A DNA stretch of 45,956 nucleotides from Octopus sinensis (lineage: Eukaryota): the NCBI RefSeq assembly GCF_006345805.1, contig NW_021834967.1:1-45956 (forward strand). Reading direction: 5' to 3'. The notes beneath the pieces are model-generated. The model was not told the origin of the DNA. It searched no databases and saw nothing but the letters and a program-made list of their open reading frames with translations. The position numbers were made by a program, and so were the translations under genes. Positions 26,801-39,053 of this stretch are shown here, piece by piece (the stretch's first letter is position 1; the number at the start of each line of letters is the position of its first letter).

Positions 26801-28499
26801 TGGTCAATTATGGAGTGAATTTTAGGGCTTATAAATCTAATATTTTTCTATCCTTCCATAATACCAGTTCCCATATGCTACTCATATCTGCACTCGGTCT
26901 GCTCAAGAAGTTCTTGTGCTGCTTCTTTTAGTTTTCGTATTTTCCAGTGGTGTTCTCTATTATTTAACTTCATCCCACAGGGGGATATGGTCTCCATTTT
27001 CCCATTCATGATCAGCTATACCCGATTTATCAATATCTCCTCGTGTCACAGGTTTGCGATGTTCGTCTACCCTAATTATGAGGAGGCGGCATGTTTCGCC
27101 TTTGTATAACCTACCACAGTTGCATGGGATGAAATACACGCAGTCTTTGGTCATATTCTCTTCTATCCGTGGTTTTACTCGAAGGAGGTATTTGTGAAGT
27201 GTTGTATTACTCTTGGATACTGTCCTTATGTCATATGGGCCGCATATCTGTTGTATCTTTTCCGAGAGGCCTTTCACATAGGGTAGACAGACTGTGGACA
27301 GTTTATTGGTTTCATCCTCTTTTTTCTTCATAATTGGAGTGGTTAGTATGTCTTTTTGGGTAGTTGTTGCTTAATAGAATGTTATTGAGCTTGATCATTT
27401 CTTCGTGGTGTGTATTACGATCGCTTCTTATATTCTTTGCTTAATGTTTTAGGCACTGAACAGTCCCTCTCTTTACACCGTATGGATGGTGAGAGTTGAA
27501 GTTGAGGTATCGTCTAGTGAAGGTCGGCTTGCGGTATACAGATGTCCTGAATCCATACTTGATGCGTGTTATTAATACGTCCAGGAATGCTAGCTTTCTT
27601 TTTCTTTTTCCATTGTGAACTATATGGATGGCTTTATTGAGTTCACATGATCTAACGGAACTTGGAAATCTTCCTGGTGGGGCCAGAGTATAAAGGTGTC
27701 ATCAACATATCGCAGCCATAGGGTTGGTTTTAGTGGTGTTGATCCTAAAGCCAAATTCTCAAAGTATTCCATGAATATATTGACTATTATATACATGAAA
27801 TAATATTATAGAACCCATAGCTAAACTCTCTTCTTGTCGATATATATCAGTGTCCATACTGAAGTAGGTAGTTTCTATACAGAAGGTCAACATTTCCATC
27901 TTATTAGTATACTAGTGCGTTCTTTTAGATGGGTGTCTGTCACTAGTTTTCTTGAAGCACCGATAGTGCTTCACCAGTTCGGACTTTGGTGAACAGACTT
28001 ATCACATCTAGACTTACCATTTAGTTGGGTTCAATGGGGGTATCCTTGACCAATTCTGTAAAGTGGGTGGAATTGTTCACGTACGATGTTGACTTTCCTG
28101 CTAATGGACTGGTGATATCCACAAGGAAACGGCTCAGCAGATGACATGCTGTAGAAGTTCAGCATGTCATCCACTGAGCCGCTGAGGAGAGAGAGAAAGT
28201 AAAGGGAGGGAGAGGAGAGAGAGAGAGGGAGAGGGGATGGAGAGGAGAGAGGGGGATGGAGAGGAGAGAGAGGGAGGGAGAGGAGAGAGAGGGAGAGGGA
28301 GAGGAAAGAGAGGCCCAGTGAGGTAGTGTGTGAGAATAGTAAGAGACAGTCTACACCAATCACTCAAGCAACCTTCTTTTAAATTCAGTCAAGGATGTTG
28401 TGTGTATGTAACAGAATCATCCAGTTTGCCGTCGCCATTAAAGCTCTGAACATCTTTGCATTTGCAAGGTTTGGGTCAACAGTTTGGTACACACCGCTC

Positions 28500-28650
28500 T
28501 GTAGCAAACGCAATTCAATCTTAGCTGAGTGAACAGAAGTAATATAAAGGAAAGTGCCTTCCTCAAAGACACAACGTGCTGCCCAGTCCTAGAATTGAAC
28601 CTATGACCCTACGATCAGAAGTCTAATAGCCTAACAACTAGGTTACACAT
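28500..28650 (-). mobile_element. Diverged tRNA-derived SINE 5' part
   Basis: Minus strand tagttgttagg...ggttcaattctagg followed by CORE-like gtgtctttgaggaaggcacttt. Confidence 0.45.
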
Positions 28651-28829
28651 GATGATGATGATCATCATCATCATCATCATCGTCGTCGTCGTCGTCGTCA
28701 CTATCACCATTACCGTCACCATCATCTATATCATTCTCCGCCTCAACATTATCATTATCATTTCAGGCAGCAACGACACCACCACCATCATCATCGTCAT
28801 CATCATCGTCATCGTCATCGTCGTCGTCG

Positions 28830-28871
<42 letters not shown>

Positions 28872-28889
28872 CCATCGTCGTCGTCGTCG

Positions 28890-28922
<33 letters not shown>

Positions 28923-29076
28923 CCATCATCATCGTCGTCGTCATCATCGTCATCATCATCGTCATCGTCATCGTCATCGTCGTCATCGTCATCATCATCA
29001 TCATCATCATCACCATCGTCGTCGTCGTCATCATCGTCATCATCATCATCATCATCATCAACATCATCATCATCAT

Positions 29077-29149
<73 letters not shown>

Positions 29150-29168
29150 GTCGTCATCATCATCATCA
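28650..29168. repeat. About 520-bp imperfect (CAT/CGT)n trinucleotide tract
   Basis: Visible; gives poly-I/V, poly-M and poly-D pseudo-ORFs. Confidence 0.95.
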
Positions 29169-29927
29169 TTATCCTCAACGGTGAGAAGATCAGCATAAAA
29201 CACATCATAAAATCTCCACACGCTACTCACAATCACAATAAATTTACTAAAACCTTCTCAACAGTACACGAGAAACATCCCTCCACCAATCCGAGGTTTC
29301 GCTTCACGTCAGACACCAACTGGCTGCAATTTAAGATCGCTCAGTCCTCCCCAAATAGAACATTCTGTTATTACACGTTTGAAATCTTCGTTCCAAATTT
29401 GGCTTCAAATTATGGCTTCCAAAAACATAGAAGAATCTGAGAATAGTCATTTTTACGTAGATTTGGTTCACTTCACATTTTTCACATTCATAGAGGAAAA
29501 AAAAAAAAAAAACAAGGTATCTTTTACTGAAAACATTCGGTAAATAAAACTGATTGAATGGGTATAAATATGGTTGTGTGGTTAAGAAAGCCTCATAATC
29601 GTTTCCGGTTTCAATTCCGTTATGTGGACGGCTATTTAGGCAATTATCGTTCACCCCCACGTAAGTATAGCAAATACGTTATGAATGAAATTTTGCCAAT
29701 AGAAAATGCTCGGAAGCTTGCCACATGTATGTATGTATGTATGTATGTATGTATGTATGTATATATGTATGTATGTATGTGTGTGTGTGTATGTATGCAT
29801 ACATGTATGTATGTATGTATGTATGTATGTATATATGTATGTATGTATGTATGTGTGTGTGTATGTATGTATGCATACATGTATGTATGTATGTATGTAT
29901 GTATGTGTGTATGTATGTATGTATGTA

Positions 29928-29958
<31 letters not shown>

Positions 29959-30171
29959 ATGTATGTATGTATTAGCCTAACTGTGTTTCATGTTACAAAT
30001 TAAAATCCGGAAAAACAAGTTTCAACAATCAAATGTTCATATGTTCACAGAAACTTTTTTGAGTCTCCACATGAACCGTCTTCTTGATGGTTTAGAGGCA
30101 ACAATTCTGAGTGAATCACCTCTAACAAACTGAAAATTGTCTGCATGTCTGTCTGTCTGTCTGTCTGTATG

Positions 30172-30204
<33 letters not shown>

Positions 30205-30275
30205 CTCTCTCTCTCTATATATAATATATATTATAATATATATATACAATTAAGGGCTCCTAAATAAACTACATG

Positions 30276-30311
<36 letters not shown>

Positions 30312-30530
30312 CAATTAAGGGCTCCTAAATAACTACATGAATAATATTTTTCTATATGATAATATTTTTGTCTTATGACTAATTCGTCTTTTGTGCTGGG
30401 CACCTGGTAGTAAATAATATTACTACCCTTCTTGTTTATATTCGCATACTACATGATGAATTTATTCGTAGACTAATTCGTCTTTTGTGCTGGGCACCTG
30501 GTAGTAAATAATATTACTACCCTTCTTGTT

Positions 30531-30572
<42 letters not shown>

Positions 30573-30844
30573 TAATAGTTATCGCCAGGCCAACATGGCA
30601 GTCCAGGAATATAGGACGAATGCTGCCGTTGATTAGCTCCAAGAGGCCATCGCTTCTAGCTTGTTATGTGACACACAAACCTGGTGTCCATTATAACCTT
30701 CGAACAGGGGCAGGGGAGGCCAGCAGCTTCCCCTTGCTGGTTCAACATCCATGTGGATTTTAGCTTGGCGATTTTAGCTTGGCGATAATATCCAGTACCG
30801 CTGCCGTAGTCTCTTTTAGAGAGATTTAGAAATATTAATATATA

Positions 30845-30995
30845 TATAAGGTGGTGCTGAAAAGTTCTTAGCTTTGGGTAAAAGTGAACACAGGAGGATC
30901 AGTTAATTATGATATTATTAAACAAATTGCCCTCCCAGATTCACACACTCATTGCAGTGAGCAATCCTTAAGCTTTTCTAAGCCTTGTAAAAGAA
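30845..30995 (-). mobile_element. mariner 3'-terminal relic (mirror at about 36690-36820)
   Basis: ggtggtgctgaaaagttc terminal-type sequence plus minus-strand HCNECVNLGGQFV, resembling the mariner transposase end. Confidence 0.6.
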
Positions 30996-31332
30996 TTCAA
31001 TTAGTAAAACAAAAAGAAAATGGAGTGCTGAAAGTTAATAATTATTTATTAATAAATTGATAATTCTTACTTCCTAAACATGTTTCCATTTGTGCTTCTT
31101 AAACAAATGACAAAATTATGCTTTAAATTTGCATATATAAAATATATATATAATTTTTCGCTAGTCTTTAGCTTTATGTTAACATCCACTGGGCCGACTT
31201 TACCTTACATTTTATCGAGATTAATAAAATAAGTAGCAGTTGAAACACTGGAGTCGATGTAATTGAGTTGCCCCCTCCCCCGAAATTACAGGCCTTGTGT
31301 CAAAATTTGAAACCCATACTTGTGATAGATTT

Positions 31333-31560
31333 AAGGCGCTGAGCTGGTGTAGCCGTTTCCACCGCCTTGAGTAAAATGCTTAGTAATATTTCATCTGTCT
31401 TTACATTCTGAGTTTAAATTCGCCGAGGTCAACATTGTCTTTCAGTCTTTCGCGGTCGATAAGATAAGTACCAATTGAGCACTGGGATCGATGTAATTGA
31501 CTTAGCCCCCCCCCCGTCACCCGAAACTGCTGGCCTTGTGCTAAAGTTTGAAACCGATGC
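31333..31560 (+). mobile_element. Diverged SINE family A copy (mirror at about 36105-36330)
   Basis: Head aaggcgctgagctgg, B box ctgagtttaaattc, core gtcgataagataagtacc, tail ggccttgtgctaaagtttgaaacc. Confidence 0.75.
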
Positions 31561-31623
31561 TTACGATAGATTAACCACTTTTTGTGGGTATACCGGGAGC
31601 AACTAGCTCATCCAGAAAATACG

Positions 31624-31855
31624 TATTTCTTTACTACCCACAAGGGGCTAAACACAGAGAGGACAAACAAGGACAGACAAACGGATTAAGTCGATTATAT
31701 CGACCCCAGTGCGTAACTGGTACTTATTTAATCGACCCCGAAAGGATGAAAGGCAAAGTCGACCTCGGCGGAATTTGAACTCAGAACGTAGCGACAGACG
31801 AAATACTGCTGAGCATTTCGCCCGGCGCGCTAACGTTTCTGCCAGCTCGCCGCCT
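31624..31855 (-). mobile_element. SINE family A, full length (mirror at about 35809-36035, plus)
   Basis: Near identical to 23188-23429. Confidence 0.9.
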
Positions 31856-32219
31856 TGTCATCCAGAATATACGTTCCCGACGTCGCTGTCATAAAAAGGC
31901 AATAAAATGACAAGAACTGAGAGCGCTAAAAGCTTTTTTCATACACGCCGCCATCGCTGTAGTTTTTAATACACCGGAATCAACCGAGACCGGCCGAACG
32001 TCCGACAATACTCGAATATCATCTTTCTTTGTGTAAAACATATACACTTGAAAGTACTCAGCCTTCAAAATCAATCATTAATAATTAAACTCGGAGGGGA
32101 GGCCACAATAATATATTATCCAAATCTCTTTTTCCCTCTTTCTCATTTTCTAGTAATCAATCTTTCAATCATTCAGTCAAATTATCTAATGTGATACACA
32201 CATTCATAAACATTCATGA

Positions 32220-32277
<58 letters not shown>

Positions 32278-32515
32278 CACATATATATATATATAATTAT
32301 GTGAAATAGAAAGATGAATAATATTGTAGTAGATTAATCAAAAGTTAAACCCTATACCTTAGTAGCAAAAACTAAGCACAGCAGTAAACAGCACGGTTGG
32401 AGGTACAACCATCTGCGTTGCACCGTGCGTTGGTGCGGATAATGAAATTAAAACATTATTGGTGAATTGAAGAAATGGAGCTGAACGCAGATTGAACAGA
32501 AATCGTTTTATTTCA

Positions 32516-32594
32516 TTCTACACGTGTTTCGAAAGGCACAAATTACCAAAATCCGATTGAATAATGGGACCATATGTGTCTTTCTATTCAGGAG
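32516..32594 (-). ncRNA. Type I hammerhead ribozyme motif in the PLE 3' region (left-arm copy)
   Basis: CUGAAUA, GAAAGACACA / UGUGCCUUUC stem II, GAA ACACGUGU A, then gaa. Confidence 0.7.
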
Positions 32595-33195
32595 AAAAAA
32601 GGAAATCCGTTGAAAAACAAAAACAGAACAGAGGCGGAGCAAAAAACAAATCGAACTGTGCTCCTAAGAGCCCATGGCGAAACTGTTTATCAGTGTATGT
32701 TGAGAACCGGTGGCTGAAGAATTCAACGGGTCAGGCATCGGTCAATCATGTGGGTGAGGTGTATAGATGTTCTTTGTGACCGAGAATAAAGTTCTGACTT
32801 TTAAGGAATATTGATGTTTTTTTATAGGGGCGAGAAAAAATCTACTTAGAGACGTGTGTGTGTGTATACTGTTCTATATATTGTGTTTGGCGTAGGGGTA
32901 GAAAAACATTTTTTGTGTACGTGTGTGCGTTGATATCGTTCGGCTGTCAGTGGCTACTGCCGTGATAACCGTTTGGTGGCAGAAAGAAAAAAATAAAAAA
33001 AATATATATATATTATGTTTTTGTGTGTGTGTGTTCATCTAAGCCTGCCTTGTCAAGGAAACCCCCCGCTGTGAGAAAACCAAGCCCCGTTTGTCTTACA
33101 GGAGTAATTCCCTTGCAGTGGTTAATCGTAGATATCTTAAAGGCTATTTCAGAATTTGTTACCAAGGGCTATGGGTGCCGTATTATTTATAAACG

Positions 33196-34583
33196 CTATT
33201 TAAAGCAAGCCATAAGTGTAACGCCGCAATGGGGGCATCGAAAAGCCGACTGTAAGAGCCCTTTTACCATCCGGCCTCTGGCAAACAAAATATGGAAGAG
33301 TTCGGAGACACAAAGGTTGCACTGTCTTCTGCCCTATCAAATGGGAGGGCCACCGACAAAATTGACCATTCCAGCCTATAGCTTAAGTTCGCATCCTTCA
33401 GTCGCCATTAGCTTACTGAGTCCCGTGGTCTGGCGCTTGTTCACGTCCCGAAAAGTTGCGTAATGGTTGGAGACACGCAAAGACAATCTTGAGGATGATG
33501 CCCCTACATAAGTGAAGGCATCTGAGTCCGTGTAAACCTTGCATTGGTAGACGGCGTTTTTGATCTTGGAGTTCGCCGACGTGAATCTTAATCTGCTAGG
33601 ATTAGTTTCTGAAATTAGAACTGCGTTCCTGTCATATATTCGTTCCGAGACCTGCAGCCGCTTACTACTCTATTTTCCACTACGTCACTATAACTATAGG
33701 AATAACCCCTGATTCTCCACTATCTATCAGAGTGCTGTCATTGCTACTGCCCGTGGTACCTGCTATTGCGGGAAATGATGCTGGGGATGCTATGGGGCTC
33801 TCTACTACCTACTCCATTATTACCGTCAACCACAACACCCCTATTTATACTATACCCCTAGTGGGTACTCCCTGGCTGGAGCTGAGATTATGTGTCACTG
33901 TACTGCTCTCTATCATTATTACTACTAATAATTATTCCTACTACTGAGCATTAAACCGGGAGCGGAAGAGGCTGTGCCTCCGGAAAAAGGTGATAGGGCT
34001 TAGTAAGTAGCCTATTATTATGGGAGGCGATTATCTGGGCGAGGTTTTTAGTGTTGGAGAAAGCTATCCTAACTTTATGTGAGTTAACCGTGGAGTAATA
34101 TTTGGAATTTCTGGGGAAGTTATTGGCGATGGCTTGTCTAAACATGAGGGGGAGGTTAGTTCTAATCTGCTTACCAAAGGGGATTACAAACCATATATGC
34201 TTATTCCTATCAGTGTGATGGGTGGGACGCCAGCTCTCGCATTCGGGTGGGTGATTCTCGGATGAATAACGGGTCTTGGGTTAGTGTAAGACCTCCCGGA
34301 CCGATAATTATCCTTGTTCGCTAAATTAAAATGCGGGAGCGACTACCCCCGTCTACGCCGCGCTCCCGTCCCTACTTAAATGTTAATGTTATTATTACGG
34401 CGGCCTATCCTGATGACCGAATGATGGCATCGGAAGGGCCGGATCAATATAAATTACCTTCTGCCTATAACGGCCTTGGATAGTGCGGCGTTATAAAATT
34501 CCGCTTTCTTCCTGCATAAAAATATCGGCACTGGCGGACAAGCCAGACAATCTTAGAGAGGTTTTTTTTAACCAAATTGTCTG
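33196..34583 (-). pseudogene. PLE C-terminal coding remnant: RT thumb, low-complexity linkers, GIY-YIG endonuclease
   Basis: RLSGLSASADIF..FYNAALSKA; KHIWFVIPFGKQIRTNL..NNFPRNSKYYSTVNSHKVRIAFSNTKNLAQIIASHN; KNAVYQCKV...TYVGASS..RVSNH..TTGLSK..WRLKD..WSIL..CNLC..FRCPH; stop at 33196-33198; many single-base frameshifts. Confidence 0.85.
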
Positions 34584-35269
34584 TTAAGATATCTACGATT
34601 AACCACTGCAAGGGGAATTACTCCTGTAAGACAAACGGGGCTTGGGTTTTCTCACAGCGGGGGTTTTTCCTTTGCAAGGCAGGCTTGATGAACACACACA
34701 CACATAAACATAATATATATATATTTTTTTTATTTTTTCTTTCTGCCACCCAACGGTTATCACGGCAGTAGCCACTGACAGCCGAACGATCAAACGCACA
34801 CACGTACACAAAAAATTTTTCTTCTACCCCTACGCCAACACACACATATATAGAACATATACCACACACACGTCTCTAAGTAGATTTTTTCTCGCCCCTT
34901 ATAAAACATCCAATATTCCTTAAATAGTCAGAACTTTTTTCTCGGTCACAAAGAACATCTATACACCCTCACCCACATGATTGACCGATGCCTGACCCGT
35001 TGAATTCTTCAGCCACGGTTCTCAACATACACTGATAAACCGTTTCGCCATGGGCTCTTAGGAGCACAGTTCGATTTGTTTTTTGCTCCGCCTCTTCTTT
35101 GTTTTGTTTTTCCAACGGATTTCTTTTTTCTTTCTGAAGAGAAAGACACAATATTGTCCCATTATTCAATCGGATTTTGGTAATTTGTGCCTTCGAACAC
35201 GTGTAGAATGAAATAAACGATTTCTGTTCAATCTGCGTTCAGCTCCATTTCTTCATTCACCAATAATGT

Positions 35270-35301
<32 letters not shown>

Positions 35302-35361
35302 TTATATATACATATATGTGTATATATATATATGTATCTATATATATATATATATATATAT

Positions 35362-35398
<37 letters not shown>

Positions 35399-37415
35399 TG
35401 TGTTGTTGTGTGTTTGTGTGTGTGTGGGTGTGTTTTGTGTGTGTGTGTGGTTTTCATGAATGTTATAATGTGTGTATCACATTAGATAATTTGACTGAAT
35501 GATTGAAGATTGATTACTAGAAAATGAAAAGAGGGAAAAGAGATTTGGATAATATATTATTGTGGCCTCCCTCCGATTTTAATTATTAATGATTGATTTT
35601 GAAGGCTGAGTACTTTCAAGTGTTATGTTTTACACAAAGAAAGTGATATATTGAGTATGTCGGACGTTCGGCCGGTCTCGGGTGATTCCGGTGTATTAAA
35701 AACTACAGGATGGCGGCGTGTATGAAAAAAGCTTTTAGCGCTCTCAGTTCTTGTCATTTTATTGCCTTTTTATGACAGCGACGTCGGGAACGTATATTCT
35801 GGATGACAAGGCGGGCGAGCTGGCAGAAACGTTAGCGCGCGGGCGAAATGCTCAGCAGTATTTCGTCTGTCGCTACGTTCTGAGTTCAATTCCGCCGAGG
35901 TCGACTTTGCCTTTCATCCTTTCGGGGTCGATTAAATAGTACCAGTTCGCACTGGGTCGAGATAATCGACTTAATCCGTTTGTCTGTCCTTGTTTGTCCT
36001 TTCTGTGTTTAGTAGCCCCTTGTGTAGTAAAGAAATACGTATTTTCTGGATGAGCTAGTTGCTCCCGGTATACCCACAAAAAGTGGTTAATCTATCGTAA
36101 GCATCGGTTTCAAACTTTAGCACAAGGCCAGCAGTTTCGGGTGACGGGGGGGGGGGGCTAAGTCAATTAAACATCGATCCCAGTGCTCATTGGTACTTAT
36201 CTTATCGACCGCGAAAGACTGAAAGACATGTTGACCTCGGCGAATTTAAACTCAGATGTAAAGACAGATGAAATATTACTAAGCATTTTACTCAAGGCGG
36301 TGGAAACGGCTACACCAGCTCAGCGCCTTAAATCTATCACAAGTATGGGTTTCAAATTTTGACACAAGGCCTGTAATTTCGGGGGAGGGGGCAACTCAAT
36401 TACATCGACTCCAGTGTTTCAACTGCTACTTATTTTATTAATCTCGATAAAATGTAAGGTAAAGTCGGCCCAGTGGATGTTAACATAAAGCTAAAGACTA
36501 GCGAAAAAATTATATATATATTTTTATATATGCAAATTTAAAGCATAATTTTGTCATTTGTTTAAGAAGCACAAATGGAAACATGTTTAGGAAGTAAGAA
36601 TTATCAATTTATTAATAAATAATTATTAACTTTCAGCACTCCATTTTCTTTTTGTTTTACTAATTGAATTCTTTTACAAGGCTTAGAAAAGCTTAAGGAT
36701 TGCTCACTGCAATGAGTGTTGTGAATCTGGGAGGGCAATTTTTTAATAATATCATAATTAACTGATTCTCCTGTGTTCACTTTTACCCAAACTAAGAACT
36801 TTTCAGCACCACTTATATATATATTAATATTTCTAAATCTCTCTAAAAGAACTACGGCAGCGGTACTGGATATTATCGCCAAGCTAAAATCGCCAAGCTA
36901 AAATCCACATGGATGTTGAACCAGCAAGGGGAAGCTGCTGGCCTCCCTGCCCCTGTTCGAAGGTTATAATGGACACCAGGTTTGTGTGTCACATAACAAG
37001 CTAGAAGCATGCCTCTTGGAGCTAATCAACGGCAGCATTCGTCTATATTCCTGGACTGCCATGTTTGCCTGGCGATAACTATTAATAAATAATATATATT
37101 ATATATATATATATATATTAAATATATATATATATATAATATATATATAAACAAGAGGGTAGTAATATTATTTACTACCAGGTGCCCAGCACAAAAGACG
37201 AATTAGTCTACGAATAAATTCATCATGTAGTATGCGAATATAAACAAGAAGGGTAGTAATATTATTTACTACCAGGTGCCCAGCACAAAAGACGAATTAG
37301 TCATAAGACAACAATATATTCATATAGAAAATATTATTCATGTAGTTATTTAGGAGCCCTTAATTGTATATATATATATATATATATTATTCATGTAGTT
37401 TATTTAGGAGCCCTA

Positions 37416-37480
<65 letters not shown>

Positions 37481-37835
37481 ATTATATAATATATATTATT
37501 CTATATATATATATAGATAGAGAGAGAGAGAGAGGAGAGAGAACAGACAGACATACAGACAGACAACATGCAGACATTTTCAGTTTGTTAGAGGTGATTC
37601 ACTCAGAATTGTTGCCTCTAAACCATCAGAAGACGGTTCATGTGGAGACTCAAAAAGTTTCTGTGAACATATGAACATTTGATTGTTGAAACTTGTTTTT
37701 CCGGATTTTATTTGTAACATGAAACACAGTTAGGCTAATACATACATACATACATACATACTACATACACACACCACACATACATACATACATACATACA
37801 CACATACATACATACATACATACATACATACATGT
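34584..37835. repeat. Right arm of large inverted repeat (partner 29724-33140)
   Basis: Begins ttaagatatctacgattaacc and ends in (CATA)n; differs from the left arm mostly by 1-bp indels, microsatellite lengths and one gap of about 155 bp. Confidence 0.95.
35131..35208 (+). ncRNA. Type I hammerhead ribozyme motif (right-arm copy)
   Basis: ttt CTGAAGA gaaagacaca ...35 nt... tgtgccttc GAA-CACGTGT A gaa; one A of GAAA is missing here but present in the left arm. Confidence 0.7.
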
Positions 37836-37843
37836 AAGGTAAA

Positions 37844-37886
<43 letters not shown>

Positions 37887-38099
37887 CGTATATGTATGTA
37901 CATAGACATATTTATATATATATATTTATATATAACAATTTAGGACATATTTATATATATATATATTTGCGTGTGTGTGTGCGTGTGTGGTTGCATAGGT
38001 GTATAGGTGCGTGTACTGATGTCCATATGATCCAATGGGATCCACGCTGACTCTTCAAAGCCGCAGTCGATAGACTGAAATCATTTAGCTATCCGCCCC

Positions 38100-38247
38100 C
38101 ATCTCTCTCTCTCCCTCTCTCTCTCTCTCTCTATCTATCTATCTATTTGTCTATCTATCTATCGGTCTATCTATCTATTTGTCTATCTATCTATCTCTCT
38201 GTCTGTCTATCTATCTATCTTTTGATCTATCTATCTATCTATCTATC

Positions 38248-38318
<71 letters not shown>

Positions 38319-38968
38319 GTTTGTCTGTATGTCTATCTATATATCTACATTCCGCCTTCCTGTGCACGGTTTTCTCTATCAGAAAATGTGTCTAACTGTC
38401 CAGCAATCATTCATAGCAAACCGCAAACAACCAGTACAATTTGCATCATAAAAGAATATCTTGCGTCAAGCATATATGCATATGCACATATGTACTTATA
38501 ACTACATATATACGCATATACATACATACTCATAAAGATATATATCTATATTTATATGTATGGACACACTGCATATATATAATTATGAATGTATGTAACC
38601 AAGCATCCGTATCGTATGTTAAGGATTGTGTGATAAAACAACAGAGACCTAAGTTCAATGATTAATTGCTAACCCCAGCGTGAGGTCATTGCTATACGAG
38701 CTTTGTGTGTGTCTGTGTGCGTGTACAGAGATAATATATATTTATGCATGTATGTACGAATGAATATGTTTCTGTCGGTATATGTATATAACGAAACAAT
38801 ATAATTGGAAACAACCGCCTTCAATCACCCACCAAAACCCCTAATCAAACGCCTACTCACAATTCCGATGCTTATTCAACTAATCTATCCTCATTCAGAA
38901 TGTATATATTGTATGTGTGTGCATGAAGATACATATGCATAATATCTATCTATCTATCTATCTCTCTC

Positions 38969-39036
<68 letters not shown>

Positions 39037-39045
39037 ATCTATCTA
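38100..39045. repeat. (TC)n and (TATC)n tracts at 38100-38345 and 38943-39045
   Basis: Visible. Confidence 0.9.
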
Positions 39046-39053
39046 TTTATAAC

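Larger units (their letters stand above)
26640..28135 (-). mobile_element. 5'-truncated, decayed Penelope/Poseidon-type PLE (RT and GIY-YIG)
   Basis: MVSLDVISLFTKV and YVDDTFILWPH (RT), then CLPYVKGLSEKI...CVYFIPCNCGRLYKGET..RVDEH...SGIADH (GIY-YIG, ORF 26960-27331). Confidence 0.9.
29724..33140. repeat. Left arm of large inverted repeat (partner 34584-37835)
   Basis: Reverse-complement match traced by eye from the (TATG)n tract and attagcctaactgtgtttc to gttaatcgtagatatcttaa. Confidence 0.95.

Noticed and set aside
28726-29440. Poly-Met, poly-Asp and poly-Ile ORFs
   Set aside because: All frames of one trinucleotide tract are open; no independent coding signal.
32666-32730. GAAAC...CTGAAGA as a type II hammerhead
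   Set aside because: No valid NUH with paired stem III and no stem II partner.
33137-34587. TTAA at both spacer edges suggesting piggyBac
   Set aside because: TTAA is self-complementary and simply part of the arms; the spacer has no piggyBac termini and encodes a PLE.
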